The notes beneath the pieces were generated by a model, which had not been told where the DNA came from, did not search any database, and saw only the letters and a list, made by a program, of their open reading frames with translations. The translations under genes and the position numbers were made by a program. A stretch of 63,930 bases of DNA, counting the filler, from Octopus bimaculoides (lineage: Eukaryota): assembly GCF_001194135.2 (NCBI RefSeq). It is 9 parts of 7 records of this genome, joined end to end, with 100 filler letters (N's around TTAATTAATTAA, not from the genome) between each part and the next. Parts side by side here need not be neighbours in the genome. Positions count along the whole stretch, not along the records: positions 1 to 5,205 come from NC_068983.1; positions 5,306 to 11,847 come from NC_069003.1; 7 more parts are not named here. One strand, given 5' to 3'. Positions 1 to 11,947 of the stretch are shown here, piece after piece. How positions within the stretch are numbered: the first letter of the stretch is position 1; each line of letters starts with the position of its first letter.

Positions 1-263
1 TTTACATCAAAAACCTATGGGTTATGTACGTGTCAGTTATGTTTGTAATGGAGGAGTTTATATAATTAGTTCGTGAGAATTCTAACAATAATATCCAAAC
101 TTCTATAAACCTGTGATGAGTTACTCCGTTATTTTTTTGTTTATGGAGTTGTTGGAATCTTGCTGGTAGTGGAGAGGGGTTAATTTTGCTGTTCAGTCCC
201 TTCATCTAATTGGATAGACATTATCCCTTAGTGGGTTGGATTCACAACCCCTAACTTTCTTGG

Positions 264-358
<95 letters not shown>

Positions 359-1749
359 ATTAATTCAATAATAGGATAAAATCTTTTATAAGAATTTAGC
401 AAGTAACTAGCGTGAAAAAACCTCATAAGGGAAAAAAATCATTCATTTCACAAAATATATTTATTTATATCAGGGCATTACTATACATGAATACCTCAAG
501 CTAAGAGGGACTCTAAGGTCAAACTACCATAATAAACACGTTTTTACCGAACGCGAGGAAATGCAACTCTCAAAGCTAGCCCCTTGAAAAACAGACTAAA
601 CTATAGATCGACGATTTCGCAGTTATTACAGCATTTTGTAACCTCTGCTCAAGGGTATAGTATGGTCAAGACACATAAAAATAAACAAAAAAATTCAACA
701 TACCAAACGAACACCTCATGTATTCAGCATAGTATACAGAAGATTGTTTATCCCTATATATCTATGTAAAAGGCGGGCTTTTTTTAATTGTATCGAATTA
801 ATATATATATATATTAATTCGATATATATATATATATANNNNNNNNNNNNNNNNNNNNNNNNNNNNNNNNNNNNNNNNNNNNNNNNNNNNNNNNNNNNNN
901 NNNNNNNNNNNNNNNNNNNNNNNNNNNNNNNNNNNNNNNNNNNNNNNNNNNNNNNNNNNNNNNNNNNNNNNNNNNNNNNNNNNNNNNNNNNNNNNNNNNN
1001 NNNNNNNNNNNNNNNNNNNNNNNNNNNNNNNNNNNNNNNNNNNNNNNNNNNNNNNNNNNNNNNNNNNNNNNNNNNNNNNNATAACCGAGCACTATATCAT
1101 CAGTGCTGAAATTCCACATCATAAAAAGAGATATAAAGATAGATTAACGAGAATTCAACGTATCATCGGTGATATGAAAATGGGAAAAAAATACTGGATT
1201 ATTTGACATCGCTCGTAATTCTTTTTTTATAGAATAATTTTATGTTTTTCTTTTGTCGTACTTCCTACAATTCAAAATAGCATAATGCGTTTTACTGGTT
1301 ATTTTTTCTTCGAAATTTTATATTCAAAAGTAACGTTTCTTTATTTCTTCATGTGTATATTGAGTAAATTTTAAATTAATGATTTTTTTGTTATCTTCGA
1401 ATGTTTATTTCATTGCTAATGAAATATGATATATTTACTGGGCAAATAAAAAACTTTAAATATCGTTCAACGATAAAGTATAACATTGAATTTGCTGATG
1501 ATGTATTGACTCAAATCAACACTAATGAAATACCTTGCGATGAAATCACTGGTTGATGAAATTACTGATATAGTTAACAAGATGTAATTGCTTTCAATGA
1601 AATTATCGGACATCTACACCTATTTATCTACTCTGACCAATTGCGGGACAAATAGTGTACTTCCGGGGTCGAATTATTAAACCTAGCCAATTAAACCTAG
1701 CCAATCAAACCTAGCCAATCAAACCTACACACACACACACACACGCACA

Positions 1750-1823
<74 letters not shown>

Positions 1824-2319
1824 CGAGAGAGAGGTGGGGAGGGATGAGCAAGCACATCCTTCGACGACATACATCGGCGAAAGATGCAAACAGTGGCGAA
1901 AACCCCCCCATGTTTATTCGAACGAAATCCACCAAATTACAGACGCTTCCTTATCGCTCTCGCTGATAGAAATACAGATCCTTTAACACGTCTCTGTCTG
2001 GAGTTTTCCACCTGCCGGGTCTTCTCGATTATAAAATAGTACATATTTCGTTTTTTCCCCCTCGACTCTATGAAAATTTCGTGTGTGTGTGTGCATGGGG
2101 ATTTATCATAGTCCTTTCGCCATTCAACTCAACTAACTTTCAGATCTTCATATTTTCCTCTCCTAAGCATTTCACCCGGCGAAAAGAAGAAAAGCAATGT
2201 CAACCTCAGCAGAAAGCGAACTGAGAACGCAAACAGCCGGATGAAATGCCACTAAGCATTTTGTCCGGTGTGCTAACAGTTCTCCCAGATCACTGTCTTA
2301 ACAACCATGACACTGGCTC

Positions 2320-2600
2320 TCCGTCGGTTACGACGATGAGTGCCCCAGTTTATACGGTTTACGAAACAGCCTGCTAGTGAAATTAACGTGCAGGTGGTTG
2401 AGTACTCCACGGACACTCCTACCCTTAACATAGTTCTCAGGAAGATTCAGCGTGATACAGAATATGACAAGGTTGGCTATTTGAATTATAGGTACTACTC
2501 ATTTTTGCCAGCTGAGAGGAGTGGAGCAACGTAAAAAAAAGTGTCTTGCACAAGGATGCAACGCGCTGCCGGAAATCGAAATCACGGCCTGACGATCGTC
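2320..2600 (-). mobile_element. tRNA-derived SINE, family C (decayed)
   Basis: On the minus strand a B-box-like GATTTCGATTTCC is followed by CCTTGTGCAAGACAC. The segment GATACAGAATATGACAAGG...TTGAATTA recurs at about 30720-30755 and 57718-57755. Confidence 0.55.
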
Positions 2601-3165
2601 AACCCTAGTGGAGCAGACCTATTATCAAAAACGTCCTAAACGTTGCCATCACATATTTACTAAGACAGTTTATCAGAGGCGACAACGATTTCAAATTTTG
2701 GCACAAGGCCAGCAAGCTCGGTGGATGGTGGTCAGTCGATTACATTGACCCCAGTACATGACCGGTATGTATTTCTATCGATCACGAAGTAAATATGAAA
2801 AGCAAACGACCTTGAACTGAACACTCTAACCACTAAGCCACGCGCCTTCACCCAACGACTACGATAATAACAACAGCAACAACAGCAATTTAAGATCTTA
2901 TCTTTGAAAGCCAATGACAGGAACTGTATTCATTCGACAATAATTTACTCGCTGATAGAATTTGGGTTTTGGAAATTAGTTAATCAGACAGTTAGAATCA
3001 ACAAATGACTCTAGAATGGAAAGCCGGATGCCCGGTTGCTCACATGACCGGAAGTACAGTAAATTCAAGTGTGATTGATTCAGAATATTATAATAGAGAC
3101 GTGAGCTACGGTAAAACGGGAAAATAGAAGGCACTTGGGGAAGAGAGAGACGTAGAAAGAGACGG

Positions 3166-3224
<59 letters not shown>

Positions 3225-4614
3225 NNNNNNNNNNNNNNNNNNNNNNNNNNNNNNNNNNNNNNNNNNNNNNNNNNNNNNNNNNNNNNNNNNNNNNNNNNNN
3301 NNNNNNNNNNNNNNNNNNNNNNNNNNNNNNNNNNNNNNNNNNNNNNNNNNNNNNNNNNNNNNNNNNNNNNNNNNNNNNNNNNNNNNNNNNNNNNNNNNNN
3401 NNNNNNNNNNNNNNNNNNNNNNNNNNNNNNNNNNNNNNNNNNNNNNNNNNNNNNNNNNNNNNNNNNNNNNNNNNNNNNNNNNNNNNNNNNNNNNNNNNNN
3501 NNNNNNNNNNNNNNNNNNNNNNNNNNNNNNNNNNNNNNNNNNNNNNNNNNNNNNNNNNNNNNNNNNNNNNNNNNNNNNNNNNNNNNNNNNNNNNNNNNNN
3601 NNNNNNNNNNNNNNNNNNNNNNNNNNNNNNNNNNNNNNNNNNNNNNNNNNNNNNNNNNNNNNNNNNNNNNNNNNNNNNNNNNNNNNNNNNNNNNNNNNNN
3701 NNNNNNNNNNNNNNNNNNNNNNNNNNNNNNNNNNNNNNNNNNNNNNNNNNNNNNNNNNNNNNNNNNNNNNNNNNNNNNNNNNNNNNNNNNNNNNNNNNNN
3801 NNNNNNNNNNNNNNNNNNNNNNNNNNNNNNNNNNNNNNNNNNNNNNNNNNNNNNNNNNNNNNNNNNNNNNNNNNNNNNNNNNNNNNNNNNNNNNNNNNNN
3901 NNNNNNNNNNNNNNNNNNNNNNNNNNNNNNNNNNNNNNNNNNNNNNTGGTGGTGGTGGTGGTGGGGTGGCGATGATGACTATAACGATGGCAACATCAAG
4001 GACAATGTCGACAATAATGATGAGGAGTAGGGGACGGAGAAAGAAAAAGAGAGGGAGGAGGGGGAAGAAGAAGAAGAGGAGGAGGAGAGGAAGAGGGGAG
4101 AAGTAGGAGGGATAGGGGAAGAGTGGGGATGAGGAAGAAGTGTAGGAAAAAATGGAGGAGGAAGAGGAGGAAGAGGAGGAGGAAGGAGAAGAAAGAAGAG
4201 GAGGAAGGAGAGGAAGAGGTTGGAAAAGGACGAAGTGGGAGAGGAGTGATAGTAAGTGGAAGAGGAGGGGAGGGATAAAGAGGAGGAGGGATAAACAGGG
4301 GGAGGGGAGAGGAAGAAGAGGAGAATGAAATGGAGGGGGGAAGAGGAGGTGAGTTCCCTTTGCTTCTAAGTTCTCTCCTATCCAGTCCCCTCCTGTTTCG
4401 GTGTTAGTATCGCCCTGGTTTCCCTTTTCCAAGAGTTATGCTTGTCGTCTCATTCTTCCTATAAACGCATTGGTTCTTCCGATCAGGCACTTAAGGAACT
4501 CTTTGTTAGGTGGCAGAAGGATGTCTTTGAGGGATACGTCGATATGTAAGCTTCCCATTATTAAGGTATTTTGCCCTAAGCTTATAGTAAGCAAGCGTGT
4601 GCAATATTGATTTA

Positions 4615-4820
4615 AAATTTTGGTACAAGGCCAGCAATTTCGGGGAGGGTATAAAACGATTGCATCGACCCAAGTACTCAACTGGTACTTAATTTATCGA
4701 CCCCGAAAGGATAAAAGGCAAAGTTGACCTCGGCAGAATTTGAACTCAAGACTTGAAAATGGACGAAATGCTGCAAAGCATTTTGCCCACCGTGCTAACG
4801 ATTCTGCCAGCTCACCGCCT
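4615..4820 (-). mobile_element. tRNA-derived SINE, family B
   Basis: Reverse complement of the family B copy at 33305-33538 (GGCGAGCTGGCAGAA...GAGTTCAAATT...TTGCCTTT...TTTCGGGGTCGATAAATTAAGTACCAGTT). Confidence 0.8.
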
Positions 4821-4834
4821 TAAGTTTGTAAAAT

Positions 4835-5072
4835 ATTTATTTATTTCTTTATTGCCCACAGGGGGCTAAACATAGAGATGACAAACAAGGACAGACAAAG
4901 GGTTTAAGTCGATTATATCGACTCCAGTGCGTAACTGGTACTTATTAATCGACCCCGAAAGGATGAAAGGCAAAATCGACGTCGGCAGAGTTTGAACTCA
5001 GAACGTAACAGCAGACAAAATACCGCTAAGCATTTCGCCCGGAGTGCTAACGTTTCTGCCAGCTCACCGCTC
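4835..5072 (-). mobile_element. tRNA-derived SINE, family B (near full length, tandem with the previous copy)
   Basis: High similarity to 33305-33538 over the head (A/B-box-like motifs), body and TTTAGCCCCCTGTGGGCAATAAAGAAATA tail. Further decayed copies lie at about 2170-2280, 2695-2850, 19240-19420 and 20280-20555. Confidence 0.85.
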
Positions 5073-5249
5073 CAAGTGTGTAAAATATTGAAACAGAGTT
5101 GTTAGTGAGGGATTATCAGTCTTGGCAAAATACTTTATAAGCTCTCTGTTAGTAGACCAGGCTAACAATATTGCTTAGATTAGAAGGCGGCGAGCCGGCA
5201 GAAACNNNNNNNNNNNNNNNNNNNNNNNNNNNNNNNNNNNNNNNNNNNN

Positions 5250-5261
5250 TTAATTAATTAA
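5250..5261. other. Artificial gap marker TTAATTAATTAA inside N44...N44 (100 bp total)
   Basis: An identical palindromic 12-mer with stops in all six frames is flanked by exactly 44 N on each side. It also occurs at 11892, 26535, 37731, 45499, 53711, 55902 and 60962. Confidence 0.97.
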
Positions 5262-5359
5262 NNNNNNNNNNNNNNNNNNNNNNNNNNNNNNNNNNNNNNN
5301 NNNNNGCAGTGACATTTGGTGGACATTCTTGGCAAGAGAGGAGAAAACAGACAGTATTT

Positions 5360-5810
5360 TTAACCTTTTTTCTCTCTTGAAATGCTCTACTTTTTTCTCC
5401 ATTCAATTAATTCTTGAAAAACGACGAGCCATTTTAGTGAAATAGTTTTGCCGTTATTAAGTTAAATTAACATGGAATTTTGATGGAAGGTTTTTAATTT
5501 AGATCATTGTAAAGAGAGGAAGTTTATATGACGGAACCAGGAGGCTGTCTTTAGTGAATTACGTGACAAAAACATTGAGACTGACAACGGCCATACAAAA
5601 TTTAACCCTTCTGTTAACCCTATTTCTGAAGAAATACATAACTTGCTTTCAATTTATTTCGAAAATAGCAAAGAATTTTATAAAATTATTAAACTGTTTG
5701 GAATATAAATCAACATGAAATTTTGATGGAAGATTTTAATTTAAACCACTGTAAAACAAAAAAGTTTGTATTGTAGAATCAGGGCTGGTCATTGTTGAGT
5801 TCCACAACAT
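5360..5810. mobile_element. Two diverged tandem copies of an AT-rich MITE family
   Basis: Both contain AATTTTGATGGAAG(G/A)TTTTAATTTA and begin near TTAACC(C/T)TT. They are related to 15393-15640 (opposite strand) and 60545-60780. Confidence 0.55.
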
Positions 5811-6227
5811 ATAGATTGGTAAGGGTCATATGGTATTTAGCCCTTTGGCATTAAGGTTACTTTGTCAAATCGGATCTTTCTGATTTGGCGGGTGCCACTT
5901 GTTTTCTTAATGAAACACTTTCAAGCTTGGGACACTGGTAGAATGTGTCCTATAAAACATCTTTTACTCTTAGTGATATTGAGAAAATTTTATCTTTTTA
6001 AAGTTATTCCGTGTTAAAAGTTGTCGTATTTCGGTAATTTCAACCAATCACTGACGTCTATTGAGGTGAAAACAATTACTGCTGTGGAATGTAAACAACA
6101 GGTTCTAGCGGTGTAATGGGATCGTTTACCTTGAATAAAATTAGTGCCATTGTTTGTCAACAACAACTATCGGCAGTACTGTTATTTATGACATCGTTCG
6201 TGCATTTGTACTGGTTTTAGCTTTCGG

Positions 6228-6278
6228 GTTTTAGGGTTAGGGTTCGGGTTTTAGAGTTAGGGTTACGGTTACGGTTAT
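6228..6278 (+). repeat. Interstitial degenerate telomere-like (TTAGGG)n tract
   Basis: TTAGGGTTAGGGTTCGGGTTTTAGAGTTAGGGTTACGGTTACGG, lying within a longer unassigned higher-complexity segment (about 5820-6290). Confidence 0.7.
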
Positions 6279-7230
6279 GAGTATTTTACTCAGAACTCTA
6301 ACCATGGAAAGCGGACGTTAAACAATGTTCATGATGATGATTTTCAATTACATAATGTTTTATGGGGGCATCAACATTTTTTAAGTGCTTAAGGATTTCT
6401 ATGAGTCTTAACCCAGCCCTATATAAAAGCAGATGTGTTACGTAAGATTAATTTTGAGGACCTGATCAAAAACTCTGCATTTTCAAATATAAATAAAGTG
6501 AAATTATGTATAATTAAACAAACATTATTTTCCATCCTAGTTTTGTTTCATTTTGAAAATTTGAAAATTTGAAAATTTTATTTTATAGTTCATTATTGTT
6601 TATATTTTGAATTACATATAAAAAAGTGATGGGGAGCATCAAAATCTTGTGGGTCTTAATTAAGCCCTGACTAGACTATCAGTTGATGATCATCAGTGGA
6701 AGTATGTAGTGGCATTTGGTGGACGTTCCTGGCAGAGAAGAGACATACCATAGGTTAAAAAGAAGAAAAAAAAAGGGTCAAAGAGAAAGAGAGATAGAGA
6801 CAGAGAGAAGGGCTTGAGTAATAAGATGGGGGTGGGGGTGGGGGAGTAACTCTACTAATTAGTTGCCAATTTTCATTAACATCTTGCTACTCAAATGATG
6901 CAAGACTCTTTAGGATTATTTGTGTGACTGGATAGATTTCACCAGTTTTGAATAAATGACATGTGCTAATTAAAGTTAATTAATAATCTCAATTGGAAAC
7001 CATCCTTGCCATGTCAGTGTAACAGGTTTTGAATAAAATCATTTTCTCATTTCTTTCCTTCTTTCTCTCTGTCTCTCCCCCTCTCTCTATTTAGACATTT
7101 TATATCCTTTGGGTTTTTATTTCACATTTGTATTTTTTTTTATTTTTTTGGTTAGTATTTTAATTTTTTTGTTGTTGTAAATTTTTGTGTCTTTTTTTCC
7201 TTTTTTTTTTCCTGTATTTCTGTATGTAAG

Positions 7231-7545
7231 GGCACAGAGGTGTGTGGCTGTGTGGTAAGAAACTTGCTTCTCAACCACATGGTTCCCAGTTCAATCCCAC
7301 TGCGTAGCACCTTGGGCAAATGTCTTTCTAATTATAGTCCTTATAACCTCGGACCTACCAAGGTCTTGTGAGTGGATTTGGCAGATGGAAACTGAAAGAA
7401 GCCCATTTGTGTTTGTGTGTGTCTATGTTTGTCCCCGGCCCCCTCCTCACCTTTTGACAACTGGTAGTTGTATGTTTATGAATAAAAACAAAATTCTTCA
7501 AGGCGGTGCCCCAGCATGGCCACAGTCTAATGACTGAGACAAATA

Positions 7546-7548
<3 letters not shown>
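7231..7548 (+). mobile_element. tRNA-derived SINE, family A
   Basis: A box TGGCTGTGTGG, B box GTTCAATCCC, body CCTTGGGCAA...GTGAGTGGATTTGG(C/T)AGA(T/C)GGAAACTGAAAGAAGCCC and tail AAGGCGGTGC.CCAGCATGGCCACAGTC.AATGACTGA. Confidence 0.85.
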
Positions 7549-7590
<42 letters not shown>

Positions 7591-10500
7591 NNNNNNNNNN
7601 NNNNNNNNNNNNNNNNNNNNNNNNNNNNNNNNNNNNNNNNNNNNNNNNNNNNNNNNNNNNNNNNNNNNNNNNNNNNNNNNNNNNNNNNNNNNNNNNNNNN
7701 NNNNNNNNNNNNNNNNNNNNNNNNNNNNNNNNNNNNNNNNNNNNNNNNNNNNNNNNNNNNNNNNNNNNNNNNNNNNNNNNNNNNNNNNNNNNNNNNNNNN
7801 NNNNNNNNNNNNNNNNNNNNNNNNNNNNNNNNNNNNNNNNNNNNNNNNNNNNNNNNNNNNNNNNNNNNNNNNNNNNNNNNNNNNNNNNNNNNNNNNNNNN
7901 NNNNNNNNNNNNNNNNNNNNNNNNNNNNNNNNNNNNNNNNNNNNNNNNNNNNNNNNNNNNNNNNNNNNNNNNNNNNNNNNNNNNNNNNNNNNNNNNNNNN
8001 NNNNNNNNNNNNNNNNNNNNNNNNNNNNNNNNNNNNNNNNNNNNNNNNNNNNNNNNNNNNNNNNNNNNNNNNNNNNNNNNNNNNNNNNNNNNNNNNNNNN
8101 NNNNNNNNNNNNNNNNNNNNNNNNNNNNNNNNNNNNNNNNNNNNNNNNNNNNNNNNNNNNNNNNNNNNNNNNNNNNNNNNNNNNNNNNNNNNNNNNNNNN
8201 NNNNNNNNNNNNNNNNNNNNNNNNNNNNNNNNNNNNNNNNNNNNNNNNNNNNNNNNNNNNNNNNNNNNNNNNNNNNNNNNNNNNNNNNNNNNNNNNNNNN
8301 NNNNNNNNNNNNNNNNNNNNNNNNNNNNNNNNNNNNNNNNNNNNNNNNNNNNNNNNNNNNNNNNNNNNNNNNNNNNNNNNNNNNNNNNNNNNNNNNNNNN
8401 NNNNNNNNNNNNNNNNNNNNNNNNNNNNNNNNNNNNNNNNNNNNNNNNNNNNNNNNNNNNNNNNNNNNNNNNNNNNNNNNNNNNNNNNNNNNNNNNNNNN
8501 NNNNNNGTGTGCCAAAACGAAGACTTTTGAATTTTACCATTAAGCTGTAATCAGCAGAACCATATACACGCGCACCTATGGCGGTGGGCAACTTTGTATA
8601 GGGTGCTGAGGATTATGGTTACATTACAAATCAGGCTGAAGAGAAATAGACAGTCGGTAAGATTGTTAAATTTTGAAACCGGTCCCTGTTTAATAATGTT
8701 CCTTTTCGGTGATTTTAGATGTCTTGCCCGCTTACGTTTTGGTATCACGCTATATTTCATGTTGAGAACAATTTAGGTCTTATTAGACACAAGATGTGAT
8801 CTATTTCTAGCACATTGAATGGCCACGTTAGTGGTCAACGTCATATATAAAGATATATATATATATATACAGTCCAGTCCAGTCCAGTCTCTCTCTCTCT
8901 CTATTTCACACTCCATCTTGAAAAACACTTTAGTTAGCCTTTGTAATTATGGTTCATAAGAATTATTGAAGTTGTCACAGCTAAGAGACATTCATACAAT
9001 TCAATGGTATGACATTCCAGTCCAGTATTGATCTGTCATCCTTCCTTCCTTCCTTCTTTATTTCTTTTTTTCCTTCTTTCTTTCTTTCTTTTGGTTTTTG
9101 CCTTTCTTCTTCTGTCCGTCTTTGTGTTGTCTTAGTTTTTTTTTTCTCCTGTTGCATTGTTTTCTTTTCTTTTTCCCTTCTTGTTGCTGCTATTTCTGAT
9201 GTGGTTTTTGAGGTTTCCAGGGCGGTGGCGATGGGGTTACCATCATCACTAACCACTATCCCCCACCACTGACACCAACGGCATCCCCATTACTAACGAC
9301 TACCACCTATACTGTCACCACTAGCCACTACCAACACTGCTGTCATTACCACCACTATCAACATTACCAGCACTGCCGCCACCATTATTACTACCCACAA
9401 NNNNNNNNNNNNNNNNNNNNNNNNNNNNNNNNNNNNNNNNNNNNNNNNNNNNNNNNNNNNNNNNNNNNNNNNNNNNNNNNNNNNNNNNNNNNNNNNNNNN
9501 NNNNNNNNNNNNNNNNNNNNNNNNNNNNNNNNNNNNNNNNNNNNNNNNNNNNNNNNNNNNNNNNNNNNNNNNNNNNNNNNNNNNNNNNNNNNNNNNNNNN
9601 NNNNNNNNNNNNNNNNNNNNNNNNNNNNNNNNNNNNNNNNNNNNNNNNNNNNNNNNNNNNNNNNNNNNNNNNNNNNNNNNNNNNNNNNNNNNNNNNNNNN
9701 NNNNNNNNNNNNNNNNNNNNNNNNNNNNNNNNNNNNNNNNNNNNNNNNNNNNNNNNNNNNNNNNNNNNNNNNNNNNNNNNNNNNNNNNNNNNNNNNNNNN
9801 NNNNNNNNNNNNNNNNNNNNNNNNNNNNNNNNNNNNNNNNNNNNNNNNNNNNNNNNNNNNNNNNNNNNNNNNNNNNNNNNNNNNNNNNNNNNNNNNNNNN
9901 NNNNNNNNNNNNNNNNNNNNNNNNNNNNNNNNNNNNNNNNNNNNNNNCACCACCACCACCACCACTCGAAACTGCAATACTTTGTAGTTGTCACATTAAT
10001 GGACGTTAAGACAGTGTGTTGTCACAGCAGATCATTGCGTTTGCAGACTCCTCAATTCAGATCACTTCGTTTGTCATTGAAATGCTTGACAATCTCTGTT
10101 CTCTGTGCATTCGTGTTCATGCATGAACAGATCGGCAAACGGTCTCGCACATGCATGCACATGTACATACGCACACACACACACACATACAAATTCATGC
10201 ATGCTTGCTCTGACATGTGCACACTTACATACAAATGCACATATGCGCATGCATGCGCAGTTTGGCTTTAACATGTCGCCTACAAAATAGACACACACTA
10301 ATGTGCATATGCATACAAGCATATTGAGCTTCAGATGTATTCTTAAAAATCACACACATAGACACACACACACACACACACACACAACTGAGTTGGTTTA
10401 TATTTTTACATGTACACACACAAACACACATGCATACATGCACTATACACATACGTGCATACATGTGCACTGTCTTGGCTTATCATTTTACAAGTCACAC

Positions 10501-10609
10501 ACACACACACACACACACACACAGCTTTGCTCTGTGTGTGTTCGTGTGTGTTTCGCATGTTCTAATTGGTTGATTTGCATATGCGCAATATACACATGCT
10601 AAATACACG

Positions 10610-10763
10610 CACAATTTGTTTGCACAAGATGGATACAGACATGCACGATGCATGCCCCCACCCGCACAGAACTTGATTGCACAAGACAAATACATGTATG
10701 CATAAATGTATGCACACACACACACGCATGATTTATTTACACAAGATACAGATATGCACGAAT

Positions 10764-10806
<43 letters not shown>

Positions 10807-10837
10807 ATTTGCCCAAGACAGATACAGCTTTGCAGGA

Positions 10838-10874
<37 letters not shown>

Positions 10875-10901
10875 TTGTTTGCTCAAGACAGATATGCAGG
10901 A

Positions 10902-10935
<34 letters not shown>
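10610..10935 (+). repeat. Compound minisatellite: about 5 units of ATTT(G/A)TTTGCNCAAGA.AGATA..CA plus variable (CA)n
   Basis: Units start near 10613, 10672, 10730, 10801 and 10871. Confidence 0.75.
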
Positions 10936-10936
<1 letters not shown>

Positions 10937-11220
10937 TACAGAAAAATGTGGTTTTTACAGATCAGGCTTAATATCTTATGATTTAACACCTTACATTCAC
11001 ATGTTCGTACACACATACAATCACACATACACACGCACACCTGCATATACAATCATACCCAATTACACTCATGAAATGGCACATACAGGCACAGAGCCAC
11101 AAAAACCCAAAGAATCTTTTCTCTATTAACAGGATATCCCAAGTACCCCAATCCCAAAGCTACACTCTTTTGTGTTGTAGTCATGTTTATGTTGTTACCT
11201 GTTAAACACACACACACACA

Positions 11221-11288
<68 letters not shown>

Positions 11289-11399
11289 TAAATGTATGTG
11301 TATAGGCATACATTTATAATTATTTCTCCAAATGCATGGAGCGTGCGTTCATGTGCAAGAAATCTGTGGAGAGTTCCTAAAGAAGGGGAGCTAACTGCA

Positions 11400-11525
11400 G
11401 TCATCTTCACTGTACTAACGTCCGCTTTTCCATGCTGTCATGGGTCGGACAGAGTTTGGTAAGGCAGATTCTCTACAGCTGGATGCCCTTTCCGTTGCCA
11501 ACATGTGCTTGTTGCCAAACAGGCG
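11400..11525 (-). mobile_element. RTE LINE 3' terminal fragment
   Basis: Reverse complement reads GGCAACGGAAAGGGCATCCAGCTGTAGAG...CATGGAAAAGCGGACGTTAG, matching the RTE tail at 59878-60045. Confidence 0.7.
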
Positions 11526-11707
11526 GATATTTCCCCATGACCCGACGTGTATTTCTCTGCAGAATATTGGAAATGAATGATATTCATTTATAACAACCAC
11601 ATGATGTCAAAACAAGGACGGACGGACGGACAGACAAACACACAAACACACATGGCTGTCTTTTTCCAGCTTTTGTTCACTAAATCTAGGGCTTTAGCAG
11701 AAATAGG

Positions 11708-11847
11708 TGCTGAAGTGGCTGTGTGGTAAGAAGTTTCCTTCCCAATCACATAGTTCCAGGTTCAGTCCCACTATAGCCTTGGGCCAATCAAAGCATTGTG
11801 AGTGGATTTGGTAGATGGAAACTGAAAGAAGCCTGTTGTGTATATAT
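11708..11847 (+). mobile_element. SINE family A, 5' half (cut by gap)
   Basis: GTGGCTGTGTGGTAAGAAG...GGTTCAGTCCCAC...GTGAGTGGATTTGGTAGATGGAAACTGAAAGAAGCC. Confidence 0.8.
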
Positions 11848-11947
11848 NNNNNNNNNNNNNNNNNNNNNNNNNNNNNNNNNNNNNNNNNNNNTTAATTAAT
11901 TAANNNNNNNNNNNNNNNNNNNNNNNNNNNNNNNNNNNNNNNNNNNN

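Noticed and set aside
3080-4432. Long ORFs in the track spanning N gaps or microsatellites (also 7355-8591, 28811-30278, 34646-35749, 41128-42297, 56743-57750 and others)
   Set aside because: Their length comes from N runs and stop-free simple repeats (poly-HT, CV, IY, ER, L).
10610-10935. CRISPR-like repeat-spacer pattern
   Set aside because: The spacers are (CA)n, the repeats are degenerate, there are no cas genes and the context is eukaryotic.
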